A stretch of 64,000 nucleotides of DNA from Amoebidium appalachense (taxonomy: Eukaryota; Protista; Ichthyosporea), in NCBI GenBank assembly GCA_963693365.1, contig CAVNZM010000009.1, positions 9,281,408-9,345,407 of the forward strand, in the 5' to 3' direction. Below, in pieces: positions 13,722 through 27,007 of the stretch. The translations under genes were made by a program, and so were the position numbers. The stretch's first letter is position 1, and each line of letters opens with the position of its first letter. Under the pieces are notes generated by a model. That model was not told the DNA's origin and searched no databases. It was given only the letters and a program-made list of their open reading frames with translations.

Positions 13722-15598
13722 ATGTCATACGGGGGTCACATTGGGCTACCCACCACAAATATTGCTGAAAAAAACCAAACCGCAGAAAACAGCACCGGTA
13801 TACCCCCACTAGGCTTGATATCTTGATATATGTTTACGTGGGTGCATCCCTGTTACTCGTTCCGGTAAACATTGCATGTTGTGTGCTCTACTACAGATGG
13901 CAAGCGAGATTTCCAATAACACAACAACTACCGCTACAGAGCGTGATGGTGTGTGCGGCGGCAACTCTGTGGATGGCATGGTATTCGTTTATGTGGGGGA
14001 TATGCATAAGCGACCAGAGCCAATGTTCCAACGATGCATCTGTCCCCGAGTGGCAATACACACTAACTCTAATAGTACCGTACCTCGCCGGCCTCATCAC
14101 TATTTGTGCACTTTCCCTTTCTCGTTGCTTTCACCTACTCAGCCGCTACTACCGAAACAACGTTGTTATAAACGATGAGCAAGGGCACCACATATACAGG
14201 CACCAGGTGTTTCGAAACCTTTTTAGCCAACACAAATCCGTGACAGAAAGCCAAAACGAGTCGGACTCACAAGACGTTCTCACCGCTCGTTTTTCCGGTA
14301 GTTTGACTCCAACAAAATCACCAAAACAGATAATGCTCTGTTTGTATGTGCACGTGTATCGGAGTACATGGCACGAAAGGGCATATGGATAGTGTGGATT
14401 GCGTCTCTTGTTGTGGCGGTGGGTTGTTCGCTGGGTGTGACTGATTGGGCAAACGGGTCACAACCCGACCCGAATGGGCAATATGGGTCACGGCCGGGTT
14501 GATCACGTGAGCCTGGTGGTAACAGTAACAGTAGGGGTTTCTCTTATTCCTTTTGGAACCATCACTACGTCACTGGTGATTGCAAAAATCACAACATTGA
14601 AACGAGACACGACGTTAATGACCTTGCAGAGGCATTTACTCGGGGCTGTGTTCACAATCGCGGCTGTCTGTCCACTCATTGCACACGTGATGGAAATTAA
14701 CCACACAGCAACTGCCAACTTAAAATGATTGCAGGAGGTACTAGACAGAATTCCATGCCTGCTCGTGGTTTTGGGCTGTTTGGTGCTGCTCCTTGTGTGG
14801 CCCCTCGTTGAAACATACCGGATACACATGGGGGTGGTGCGCGTTAAAAAGAACTCGGCACAAAACGACGGGGTAGAATTGGGCACAAAACGACGGGGTA
14901 GAATTGTTAAATTTGTTGGCGGATTCCGTTGAGCGGGCGGCGTTTCGGATGTTTTTGGCGTCAGAAATGAGCGGAGAGAATTTAATGTTTTGGGAGGCGG
15001 TGGAGAGTTTTAAAATTAAAGCACGTGACCCAAGCAGTAACCCAGATAAAGTTCTAGGTGCTGCCCGAGCTATCCATCATACTTTCATTATGTCCGGAAG
15101 TGTTTCGGAAGTCAGTGTGCCATCCGAAATGAGGGAGGATATCGCGGCGCAACTCCCTCTACACGCAAAAGTGGTCGAAGAAAATGATTAAGGACTTACA
15201 ACAGCGTCGAATTTCAGCAAGTAGTCTTTCGAGTTTAACAGTTTTTATGGGGGTAGGGACCCTTAAACGCGGAGAAAACCTGCACTCGCCCGCACGACGG
15301 ACCACTTCACGCACAACAAATGGATCGTCGGAGGCGGATAGAAATGTCGGTCGACACAAATTCGAACGAAAACCGCCCAAGTAAGCGCTTGAGTGCACAA
15401 AGTACCATGGGTAGTGCGTCAAGCGGGCAGTTAGCAATGGAGGGGCTGGCGACGCTTTTCGACGAATCACAACACTGCATTTTTGAGTTAATGCAGTTTT
15501 ATGAGATGCTGCGGTTTTTGGCTTCTCGACAGGAGGGGAAGAAAATGATTACTTTATCTTTAGATAAAGTTTCACTAATATTAGTTTTTTCCCGCTAA
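13722..15598 (+). pseudogene. Intronless 7-transmembrane RGS protein (7TM-RGS), disrupted
   Basis: ATG 13722, an N-terminus with NQT/NST sequons, seven hydrophobic segments spread across frames (ending IPCLLVVLGCLVLLLVWPLV), then RGS motifs AAFRMFLASEMSGENLMFWEAVESFK..ARAIHHTFI..EVSVPSEMRE and LFDESQHCIFELM..MLRFLAS. Lesions include an 8-bp duplication (13814-13829), an in-frame TGA (14726-14728), a 25-bp duplication (14857-14906) and further frameshifts. Confidence 0.88.
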
Positions 15599-15742
15599 TG
15601 TTAGTTTCGCTGATTTTTTTCCCCCTCTTCCCTTCCCTTTGCTCTTGTTTTTTGGTGTTTCTTCTCTTTCCTTTCAAGTGTCGGGTAAATTTTGTGTGTT
15701 AGGGGGGGAGGGGGTGGGGTGGGTGGTTGGGGGTTGGGGGTT

Positions 15743-15777
<35 letters not shown>

Positions 15778-17094
15778 TTACGTTATCCGCAGGCGACGCT
15801 GTATATTCACAGCATTGCTTGGGAGACCTCACGTAAATGAAAATCATATTTAGAGGCATTGAATCTACAGCCTGTTATGACGATGATACACGTGTGCACA
15901 CAAACACAAGCGCGCGCACACTCATATGCACCCACGCACGCACGCACGCACTGACACACACCCACGTGCTCACGCACACACACAACGGACGTGCGCGTGC
16001 CCAAACACACACACACACACACACTGTGGCACACACAGATACATGCACGCACACACACACACAAACACAAAAAAATGCAGTTCAGCAGCTCTTCTATACA
16101 CTATAGAGCCGCATACGCAAAGAAGGATAGATCCGAATATTTACCCTCCAAACGACAATTTCTTTCGTAAGAATGAAAAAAATGCATACAGCTCTAGGTA
16201 ATGGTATACATTTTGGTGTGATGTAATGCTGCCTCGTTGTATCCTTACTGCTACCGGTTGGTTGGTATGTTGCAGTGACGCGAGTATTTGTATGTACGCA
16301 AATGTGTGTGTGTTGTTATTGTTGTATATGTGCTACATGTGGGCGTTACTGGGGAGGGGTCCCCCCCCCCCCCCCCTCCTGATGCTCTCTCGGAGGGTGT
16401 CCGAGATTCAGTTGCACATGTGTGTTTGTGTGCGTGTGCATGGCACAGCTTGCGGTGCGTGCGTGCGTGTGTGTGTTGTGTGCGCGCGCACGGGTATGTG
16501 TGCATGTATGTGTGTTGCTGGTAAGGGGAAGAGGAAAGGGGGAGAGGGGGGAGGGGCAGGGGGGGAGGGGGGGGGGAGGAGTAAATTCAAAAGACGCAAA
16601 AAGTTGTTGGTGATCATTAGACTCCTGTTTAATATGCCTTACTCGCTTGCCTGGCACTACCACTGCAGCCAAATTTGTTCTTCATGTGGAACGACCACGT
16701 GCACAGCGGTTCTTCCCGTTGGCAAGCACTGCTGGTGAGTTTCCATTCAATTATATAATGAGGGTAAGAGGTCTATCCTAGCTGCATTTCCATTGATACC
16801 AGAGCCCCCACATGATTCCTGTTGCCAACTCGAAGGCCCATACATACACACCCAAGTCGGGAATGTTATATGCTAATTAGATTCGTTAAACACGACAAAA
16901 TCAAGAAAGAAACCGACCTATAATAACGTACCAACCGGCCAGCCGGGGCTATGCAGAGCTTATTATCAAAGACTTCCAACACGCCACAGTGGTATCGGTT
17001 TTAATAGTGTAGTCCAGAGAAAGCCATACATGGTACCAAGCTTAGTTTGGGGAAACGTACGTCTCAGCAATTCTTGCAGAAAGAAGAACCCGTG

Positions 17095-17358
17095 CTAGGG
17101 GTTCTTTGGCAGCTGCATTTGTCGTAGGTCTTGCGCCGTGAGCTGTAGGGCTGCGTTGTTAATTATAGGAGGAGTAGTAGCCGTTACTGACGTTGGTCCA
17201 CGGCTAAGCCCATAGTGGCCTGCTTCTCCGGGCGTATTTGGCGGCAAGGAGACGTGCCATTGAAGGTGTGCTTGGAAAACGTCTCGATCGTCAAATGTAA
17301 GACCTTTGCATTCTCTTGCCAGACAAGTATATCTTACATGGGTGTTTGCTGGCTCCAT
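17095..17358 (-). pseudogene. Degenerate C2H2 zinc-finger-containing ORF, probably a transposon-derived remnant
   Basis: YTCLARECKGLTFDDRDVFQAHLQWH has C-x4-C...H-x3-H spacing. Downstream (to ~16700) there are Cys-containing fragments broken by stops. Confidence 0.4.
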
Positions 17359-17905
17359 GTTGCACCGCTTCTTAACAGCACTCAACGGTTTAATAAAGTA
17401 TTCCGGACAAAGGCAGGAAAGCAGAGACACAGTGGTGCAGTGTAAAAACACCACAAACACACGGAGCAAGGGACAAGGGAAACAGGGAACGATCGGAGCA
17501 GCGTACACAATGATGTTTAAACACGACTGACGAAATCAATGAATTTATTTCGTGTATATATATGAGAATCCCTAAGTCAAATCCATTCATGATTTTTAAC
17601 CAATCGAAAATCAGATCTATCTCTAAAAGAAACCAATCACTAAGAATTAATTGCTTCCAGGGAGATCCGGTACGCGGATATGTACATGATAGGCACAGAC
17701 ACTAACGAAGATCAACTCGTGTCATTATCGAGGAAACGAGGGAACTGTGGTGCATAAGTCTAACCTATGAGACACTGCAAAGACTCAGACACAGTCTGAC
17801 ACACCACACTTAACCATGATGGTTGGTTGAAGCTCGGCAACACATGAAAACTAAAGCAAATTAACGAAGCCTGATCACACATGTCAACCTAAGTGTAGCC
17901 TAAGT

Positions 17906-18266
17906 CAGGGTTCGAATTCTGTTTTTGATACTTTGGGGTAGGATCCAACTATTTTGGGATCCGCCAAAAAAACTTTGGGAAAGCGTTTGGGAAAATCCTG
18001 GGCGTGCACAGAAACATAAACAGACACGGCCCTCCTCCCCCCCCCCCCGCCCCAGTGACCTGCTGTAGTGGCCACTCATCACCCCCAATCCCCCCCCCCC
18101 CCCCCCCCCCCCCCCCTCACCCCCCCCCTACCCCCCGGCCCCCGGCCCCCCTACGTATGATTCCTCCCCTTCTCCCGGCCGTAGTGATGTAGGCACCTGG
18201 GCACCAATATTCCACCACAGTCCACTTCTCCACTCGAGACCCCCTCCTCTACCCCGCACCCTCCCC

Positions 18267-18297
<31 letters not shown>

Positions 18298-18443
18298 ACA
18301 TTCTCCCCGGGCCTCCCATTTGCCCCTTCCCCCCCCCCCCCCCCCCCCCCCCATGATGTCACCCCCCATTCCCCGAAGGTTCTGGGAATCCGCAAAAAAA
18401 GTTTGGGAAATTCCCAAACGTTTTTTGGGAATTGCGATTCCTG
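17906..18443. mobile_element. Non-autonomous hAT-like DNA transposon (MITE), 538 bp
   Basis: Imperfect TIRs CAGGGTTCGAATTC and GAATTGCGATTCCTG. Perfect 8-bp target-site duplication GCCTAAGT at 17898-17905 and 18444-18451. Subterminal tttggga/ccgcaaaaa motifs near both ends. Confidence 0.85.
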
Positions 18444-18451
18444 GCCTAAGT

Positions 18452-18989
18452 GTTTTACCGTCCAATCAACACATACTAAGTAACACGAATCTACCTAACA
18501 CATATTAGTAGAAAAGAAGGTCGATTATACACATGAAAACAAGGAGAGAAAGAAAGAAAATAAAGAAGAAAAAAGAAAAAGGAGAAGAGAGCATAGATCA
18601 ACAAACAAGATATCAATAGTATATCTATAACTAAAGATATTCATGTACACACGAACATGTACACGTCTCTCCCAGAGTGGGTGGATCCGTGTACACACAT
18701 ATTAATATTCTAATCGATATCCCAACACACGATTAGAGCCGGTACAAAACGATTACAAGTATGCAAGCATATCAGAGATCGATCATACACTTTACATAGC
18801 AGGAGTGTGGCTTTTATACTAAGTACATGAACTAAGACACAACACAAACTAAAAAGATCTTACCTAATGTAGATACAACGTACTACAACATCCCCACTTA
18901 AGACTTTGTGTTCTCACATATCCCCACTGAACTAATAAAATCTCCCCACTTGAGAACGGAAACGAAAAAGTAAAGGGTGCATTCTCGGA

Positions 18990-19038
<49 letters not shown>

Positions 19039-19616
19039 ACAGACCAAACACACCAAAAAAATACATACATATATAAAACTCACGTTGAAAGTACAAGGTA
19101 ATTACAGTCGGTGGTAAAAAAAAATACAAGGTTAAGTGGTGTTGGTAGAAAACTCCAGATCTTGAAGTAAAAATTATCCCCACTGAGGATATGTTTTACT
19201 GAGCAGTAATCGTTCCAGAGGGGGGCAGAAGCAACCTCCTCAAACAAAGTCCACACACAAAGTCCACAAGTGGGTGAAAACCCCGACGGTTGGCGCCAAA
19301 CCCAAAGAAAAACCTCCAGAAGAAAAAAGCACGATAAAGTACCCACTGATGTTGAGGAAAAAGAAAAAATCAATTTACAATGCCGGCACACACAGTCGAT
19401 CACGGTGACGGACATGAGTCGGTCCGTGTCGGGCAGGGGCTTGGTGAGGATGTCAGCCAGGTTGTGAGCCGACTCAACGTAGTGGACCACGACGTCCCCA
19501 CTGGCAATGTAGTGCTTGGTGTTGTGGTACCTCACAGCAATGTGTTTGGTACGGTGTTTGATGCCGGTGGAGTTGATGATGGCAATGGTAGCCTGGTTGT
19601 CACAATACCACGGTAC
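18452..19616 (-). mobile_element. Ty1/copia retrotransposon 3' remnant (RNase H end, PPT, start of 3' LTR)
   Basis: Minus strand ~19612-19410 reads WYCDNQATIAIINSTGIKHRTKHIAVRYHNTKHYIASGDVVVHYVESAHNLADILTKPLP, matching the copia RNase HI motifs CDN, RTKHI and ADILTK. A polypurine tract TTAAGTGGGGA directly precedes TGTTG at 18890. The distal LTR end was not located. Confidence 0.9.
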
Positions 19617-20477
19617 CTGTTTAAACTTTAGACCAAACCTGCCGGCCGATCAATTAGTGGGCCGCGGCCAATCAGCAAAAGGCACCCCTGGGGCGCTAGT
19701 CGCCCATTGGGAGATTAAAACTCCAATCAGAGGTTTTATGGCTACCTATTGTATACACTTTAGCCATTCGAGTCACGTCGCATTCCAAAGGATAAACAGA
19801 GACGAGTTGTGGTATAGGGAGATAACTCGACAGAACTCCGCCAGGTTGGCATTGGCAACTTCGCTCCGAAGTCTCCGGCTTAGCAATGGGAGCAAAGATT
19901 AACATAGTATTAAAAATACATCGAGATTGTCACATCAAAAATTGAAAATGATTAACCTACCTAATTTTATGTTTGTGTGTGTATTGTTTTAGTATACACT
20001 GTATTGATTGTGACTGTAACGTTGGGACGGGCCCCAGACTGGCACAAGCGCCATCTAGGGGGTAGGCTGAGCCGCTGGTGATTGGTTCCTTCGTTTGGGT
20101 TTTTTAAAGTACACAACGATGATGATTGGCTGACAGCACAGGAAAAATGCAGAGTCATCCGCTCATTCGCCGCAAATGTCTGTGTGAGGCGCTCAAGTAT
20201 AGCCCTACACACAATCATACACGTAAGGAATAAATATGTAATTGCTATATTTCTACTCTACTAATATAATTTACAGCAAAAGGCACTTTTCATGGCTTCA
20301 GGTGGCAACAGGCTCAGGCTTCAGCAATCAATTCCTACCCTCCTCTAGTGTAGCCAATCAAATCTGCAGAAAAGTAACAGAGGAATGCCGTCGATAGTTT
20401 GAAACTTTGAAACATCGGACTCGTTCAACACCCGCTCACAACAACGTCGCCTCTCTTGTGGTGGCGTTCGTTTGTAT

Positions 20478-21348
20478 ATGAAGTTCCACGCAGTTATTGC
20501 TTGAGCGCCTTTGGCGCTGTCTCTGCGCGCAGTTATGAATACATGCGCAAGAGCGGCTATGATAACGGGCGCGACGAATACAAGGGCGCCCACCACATTC
20601 CCCATCAGAAGTCCGCATGCCCCATCATCGTAAGAGCTCATACATTGCGTGTGACAAGTGGGTCGACAACTCGGGCACCATTTGCTACTACGACACTGAC
20701 TACGAACAGAGGTGCAACCCTGCCATTTTCACCGGGAAGGAGGCGTGCTCTGTTGGGAGATGCTGCAAGGGTAAACCCGAGAAGAAAATGTGATGTGATT
20801 CTTACGTCGACCGTGAAGATATCGACTGCCAACACGGAGTTAACGATGACAAGAAATGCGTTCTCAACGGAAGTGGTGCCGATAAACGCACGAAGGATTA
20901 ATATTACTGCTGCGTCACGATGGTGCGCATGGTGACCAATTGCTACAAATGGATGAAGAGCGGTGCCGATAATGTTCTTCAGAACTACAAATGCTTCGAA
21001 TGGCAACAGCAGAAAGAGACCCCCACCACCACACAGCAGAACGGTATCGGTCCATGCAGCAGGGATCAGTGCTGCGCGTTGGTGAAGCCTACCCCCAAGC
21101 CCGACCCCATCACACCGGTGCCCAAGCCGACTGTTATCCCCGGGCCCAAGCTCTGCAAAGATTACACCAAAAATGCGTCCAACTTCGATTGGCGGTGTGA
21201 TTGCTGGGCTGCTGCAAACAACTTCTCGTGCCCCAAGAACAAATATTTGAAGAACGGGAAACAGTGCACGCGGTTTAGCGGCCTGATTGAGGGTGTGCCC
21301 AAGTGTACGGATGGTCACTGCTGTGCTAGCACTCCCCACGTGTTTTAA
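20478..21348 (+). pseudogene. Intronless cysteine-rich secreted repeat protein, disrupted
   Basis: A signal-peptide-like MKFHAVIA/CLSAFGAVSA split by a frameshift, about four Cys modules each ending in CC, and a PTPKPDPITPVPKP linker. In-frame stops at 20791 and 20899; final TAA at 21348. Confidence 0.7.
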
Positions 21349-22065
21349 AGCCGGCGTTAGCACGATACTGTGGGTGTTCATTCGTGCAAAATCATGCAGT
21401 ATTGAACACAACAGCTGTATCTGTATGTACAAGAGATATATAGGCGGTCAAAAGGTATATGTTTTATGAGCCCTGTGGTGTACAATGTGATAGACACGTC
21501 CTTACTCTTCGTGACTAAATGATCGTCAGGATATAAGATGACATATACTGCACTTATTTCGGACATGTTCACCGTTCAACCATTATACTACATTTACCTA
21601 CCTCGGTGCCTGGACGCAAGAAAATGATGGTGACATCAGCAACGTATCAAATTTGGATGTGAAAACATCCACCAGGGCTTTGTACACTACCTTTTTGGTG
21701 CCATTTTCTGACATATCATTTGCATATATCTATCATGATATAAGTAATATATGCCATAAGAAATATATGGATGCTGACGTGTTTTCAGCACGTCAGGGAC
21801 AGGTTAATAAAGCACTCCTGTGCAAGCGATGTGAACTGTAAATGTTGATCATTGAATATCAAGGACCATGTGTCCATTAAACGGTGTGAAGAAACAACAA
21901 ACCCTACCGATACCTCCCTCTATCTTTTTTATAGCGCTAAAACCTAATATTTTTTATTTATAATATTAAATCCATTAATTAAATATTGGCCATCTTTAAC
22001 ATATGACGAATGAGTGCGGACACCACATGGGTTTTTGTGATGTTTCTGCACTAATCATTACCTGA

Positions 22066-22145
22066 CCCCTAGAGGGAGATCATGGAACATGTTGCCGCTG
22101 TTACATTGCTTCTCATCATCTTAAAGGCTAGCCTCATGGGAGGAA

Positions 22146-22188
<43 letters not shown>

Positions 22189-22297
22189 CCCTAGAGGGAG
22201 ATCATGGAACATGTTGCCACTGTTACATTGCTTCTCTTTATTTTAAAGGCTAGCCTCATGGGAGGAAGAGGGGGGGGGGGGGGGGGGGGGGGGGACC
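22066..22297. repeat. Tandem duplication of a ~120-bp unit
   Basis: ccctagagggagatcatggaacatgttgccNctgttacattgcttctc...ttaaaggctagcctcatgggaggaaga plus poly-G occurs twice. Confidence 0.9.
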
Positions 22298-23365
22298 GGT
22301 GACAGGTGGCACCGGTAGTGTGTGTGTGTGCTCCTGCAAGGGAAGCCAAGGGGTTGTTAAAGGGGTTTTCTTTTAGCTTTCCGGGTCGGGTCGGGTCAGA
22401 GGGGTTTCTAATCAGCTCTGTATTTGGCCTGCTGCGCATCAGAGCTGGTCTCGGTAACCGACACGTTTTGCTGGCAGCAAGGCACAAATGTGCCATAATA
22501 CACCTAAAAAGAAAAAAGAAAAGAAGAAAAAAAAGAAAGAAAAGGAGATGAAGAATATCCAAGAGTTAGGAAGAAAGCATGCAGTTCAATATTTTGATTT
22601 ATATGGCTTGACCCGGATGTGCTGGGGGGCAGGGGGGAGAGGGGAGGGGGAGGGGGGAGTAGACAGGATCTAGGAATGGTGGAAGGTGGGTCCTTCACTC
22701 CGATGTACTTATAACCTTCGGATTCGGTTACTTTGACAACCCCCCCTCCCCCCCCCCCCCCCCCCTCCCCTCGGGGCCTTTCTCGGGCTCCCCGACCTTT
22801 AAAATTCCGGACACCTTTACGTTCTCTTGATTTTTAGGTGACTAACACAAAGCCAGCCCTCTGCCCGTTAAAGTATGAGTATGGGCTACTCAGTTGGTGA
22901 GTATAACGGGTTTGTGCTGATGGCTAGGGCACGTTAAACATGTTCACATGGTTATTTGTTAATAATAATCATGACAAACCTCAGGCTGCAACAGGCAATC
23001 TGACGTTATGTGTCGTTGCTGGCTGTTATGTGACTTGGAATTGACACCCGGGAGCCCTGTGCACGATTATATTTTCAACGATTAACCCCCCTCTTCCTAT
23101 CTTCTCTCCCCCTCCCCAGCACACACGTATACGCTGCACACATATACACAGACAGCAGTGTGCGCGTCCGTGCACACACACACACACACTGAACACACAT
23201 ACAGACACACTCACACATACACACTCACACACAAGAGAAAAAGCACATACATAAACGCACACACACATGCACATGCCCTACACACACACGCACACGCACA
23301 CGCACACGCACACGCACATGCACATGCACACATACACACACAGAAACACACACCGTGGCACCCGT

Positions 23366-23438
<73 letters not shown>

Positions 23439-23893
23439 CCACACAATGGCACGGTTCAGTGATACCCCACTTTCCATTCTTTCAGTTTTCTCGCTTTTCG
23501 AAACAATTTGATGTCTCAAAAACTGCTTCAGGCTTGGCAAATCCAATTCAGGCAGGGCATCCCTTAGCATTATTTTTTTTACACACTTTCATTATGTCGA
23601 TGATCCGATTTGTACGTGCTCACACAGATTTTTCCCAAATTCAAAATATGGCTTTTTTTTTCTTTTTTTTTCCCCCCTTTTGGCTAAATAAACAAAAGTC
23701 CACTTCCCTCCAGCTATGATGCGGTTGGTTTCTCTAAACCGGGGATTGAACGACAACAAGGGGGATGGCTTAGGGGTGACCGGAACGGTGGATCGGAGCT
23801 CTTTTCACCGTCAACTCAAATTTTCCCCGGGCCCCTCCTTTTTTTTTCTTTTTTTTTCTTTCTTTCTTTCTTTCTTTTCCTTTTCCTTTTCCT

Positions 23894-23924
<31 letters not shown>

Positions 23925-23937
23925 GAGTTCCCCCTTT

Positions 23938-24002
<65 letters not shown>

Positions 24003-24338
24003 GGGGGAGGAGGGGGAGCAAGAAATAGTTTCGAGTGGTTGGATAACAGTGTAGGAGCAGGGGAGAGTGGCCCACGGGGGAAGGGGGGGGGGGGGGGGGG
24101 GGAGGAGGGATTGCAACTGACGTTTAACTAACGGATTCACTCCGAGTATGCCATAGTATATGTGGCCTATTCGTTATTGGGGCCAGAAAAATAGGGCTGG
24201 TGTCTTACTTTGGGGGGTACGACCCAGTGGAAAGGGGTGGGAGGAGGGGGGAGGTGGGTTGGGGGAGGGTTGGGGGGAGGGGGGGGGGGGGGTAGGAGGG
24301 AGGGGGTCCAAGAGGGGTAGGGAGGAGGGGGAGGACTG

Positions 24339-24845
<507 letters not shown>

Positions 24846-25595
24846 GCCTGTGTACACTAGTTCGGAATTCCCATTGGAATTCGCATGCGTAACCTTATAT
24901 GGCTTACCTGAAAAATTCGGATCGTCTGATTGGCCTCACTTTCCGAAAGGGCTAGGGTAAGAGCTGCCCTGTGCCCTCACCCCATCGGGGCCGGGGTGCA
25001 AATCGCTCTGATGTGCATGTTTTGCTCGTTTCTACTTAGAAAACAGATGTTGGCTCACTATTAAAAGTTGTCGGAAATGAAACAACGCGTAATAATGATA
25101 TATTTTTTCGGGGATGTCCGAGGCTTCCTTCAATATCAAAATCGGCAAAAACCCTGTCCTTCTAGGCCTCCGATCGTCAAGGCCGCGGTCGATCGTCTGT
25201 GCCAAAATCTTAGTTTTTTTTCTAGTTTTCTTCATAAAATAAACGGCGGACACCCCATATTGCTTATACAATAAATGTGTGTCGCGTTATGAATAAAAAT
25301 ATCAATTAGTTGACCAAAACCTGTTTTCTATTCGTATTTGTTACTTTGATCACCTAAAGCGTCATTTGGTATATGAGTAGGCCTTCCGCCAGCCCTTCAT
25401 TACGTCATCATTCCGATGTGAGCGAAGCAAAGCCATTGATAATTTTACATGCATAGACAATCCGAACTTGAATGTAGTGTGTAGGGGTTTACACACTTTT
25501 TATTGCGTGGACACTGCCGGAGGCCCAGCCACATTCGGCGGCCTACTGCGTTTTCCAGCACAGCCAATCAAATGCAGCCAGCGCACACACACACA

Positions 25596-25646
<51 letters not shown>

Positions 25647-25678
25647 CCAGCTGATACCGAGTGTCCCGAGGGGAGCCC

Positions 25679-25733
<55 letters not shown>

Positions 25734-25882
25734 GGGGAACCCCAACTAATTGATTTCTCCTTGTAGTCTTTATGGTGTCTCGTAGAGAAAGTAAACCCTG
25801 ATATATAGTCACCACCCGACATCTATGTACGTGATCATGATATACCGCTGAGGGGATATTCCGAGCAAAACCCCCCCCCCCC

Positions 25883-25942
25883 ATACCTGAGACTGGTTCT
25901 CTTTGCCTCGAGTAAACAGCGTAAACCCCCTGACATATGTAC
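25883..25942 (-). repeat. Dispersed ~60-bp repeat, copy 2
   Basis: The reverse complement reads acatatgtcagggggtttacgctgtttactcgaggcaaagagaaccagtctca, matching 2528-2586. Confidence 0.8.
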
Positions 25943-26094
25943 ATGCTAGGCAACAATGAGCGCCATCGTAGTATATGACACCCCTATTACATATTATGGG
26001 TAAGCAGAGGCTAGCATCGGTAGCTCCGAAAGAAAGTTAAGGCACCGGATCACAATATCATACTGTGCAGCATTAATAAGGTGATCTAGGATAG

Positions 26095-27007
26095 TCATCT
26101 TAAAACGGATATATTGAGGAAGAGAGGAAGAAAAGAGAATAAAACCGCCAATATCTCCGGTTCTAATACATTAGCTAACAGGTTGCATTTATTGATAGAT
26201 ATGCAGCCGCGAGTAAACCGCCCCCAACACATATTACACATACGAGCAGGAGACACCAGAAACCGATTACACCGCCAAGCCATAATCATCTTGGCGTTTT
26301 TACACCACACCACATTACGAATAAACGAATCTATGTATGAACGAGACTCTCTAACCGTATCCGCCATACAGGCTACTAGTAGTTGGTGTTTTTGCGGTCC
26401 TAACACCGGAAGGGACTCAACACGTAGAGTAAAAAGATATCTATCAGCCATAGACTTGAAACTATTCATATTCACACTATGATCTAGCCGTACCTCCGGT
26501 GGGGTCGCCAGCCATTCCACATAACGCTCGGCAATGGGCAGAGACGATGGGGAAGGGAAGAGGTATCCGGCGGGGATGCGTGTAGCCGGAAGAGCGGGTG
26601 GTCCGGGGCACAAGCGGACAGGCGGGTGATGTGCTCGTGAAATTTAAGGGCTAATTCGTGTACGCGTTGTGATGGTGGTGTGAGTGCGTAGAGAGAATCA
26701 AAAAGGCGTCTAGGGTTAGGTGTGGAAAGACCAGTGAGAAACGTACAACAAGTTGTGTAGTGGAAATCATCTATTGATTTGAGGACATTAGTTAGTAACA
26801 GTATCAGGGGGTGCCATAGCTAGTAAGGGCAACCCGTATTCAGACAAAGGGCGAATATATGTGCGAAATATACTAATACGATTGTATAGGTGGACAGTAT
26901 GAGAAAGAGTAGCAAGATACACATCCCTAAATAACCGAAGACACCTGCCTGCACTCTCCACCCGACGGTCGATCATCCGTTTGAAACATATGCCCGGAAT
27001 CCCCAGT
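26095..27007 (-). mobile_element. 5'-truncated, degenerate non-LTR retrotransposon (C-terminal part of the RT ORF)
   Basis: LGIP.GICFKRMIDRRV..RISIFRTYIRPLSEYGLPLL resembles the post-RT thumb motif (IRP..EYG). A C-terminal AWRCNRF...CNMCWGRFTRGC resembles a zinc knuckle. A stop at ~26788 and a frameshift interrupt it. Confidence 0.7.

Noticed and set aside
20047-20062. CTCF-like motif (gcgccatctagggg; a similar one at ~53140)
   Set aside because: Short matches are expected by chance, and there is no evidence that the organism has CTCF.
20638-21432. 264-aa minus-strand ORF
   Set aside because: It is the antisense shadow of the plus-strand Cys-rich gene.
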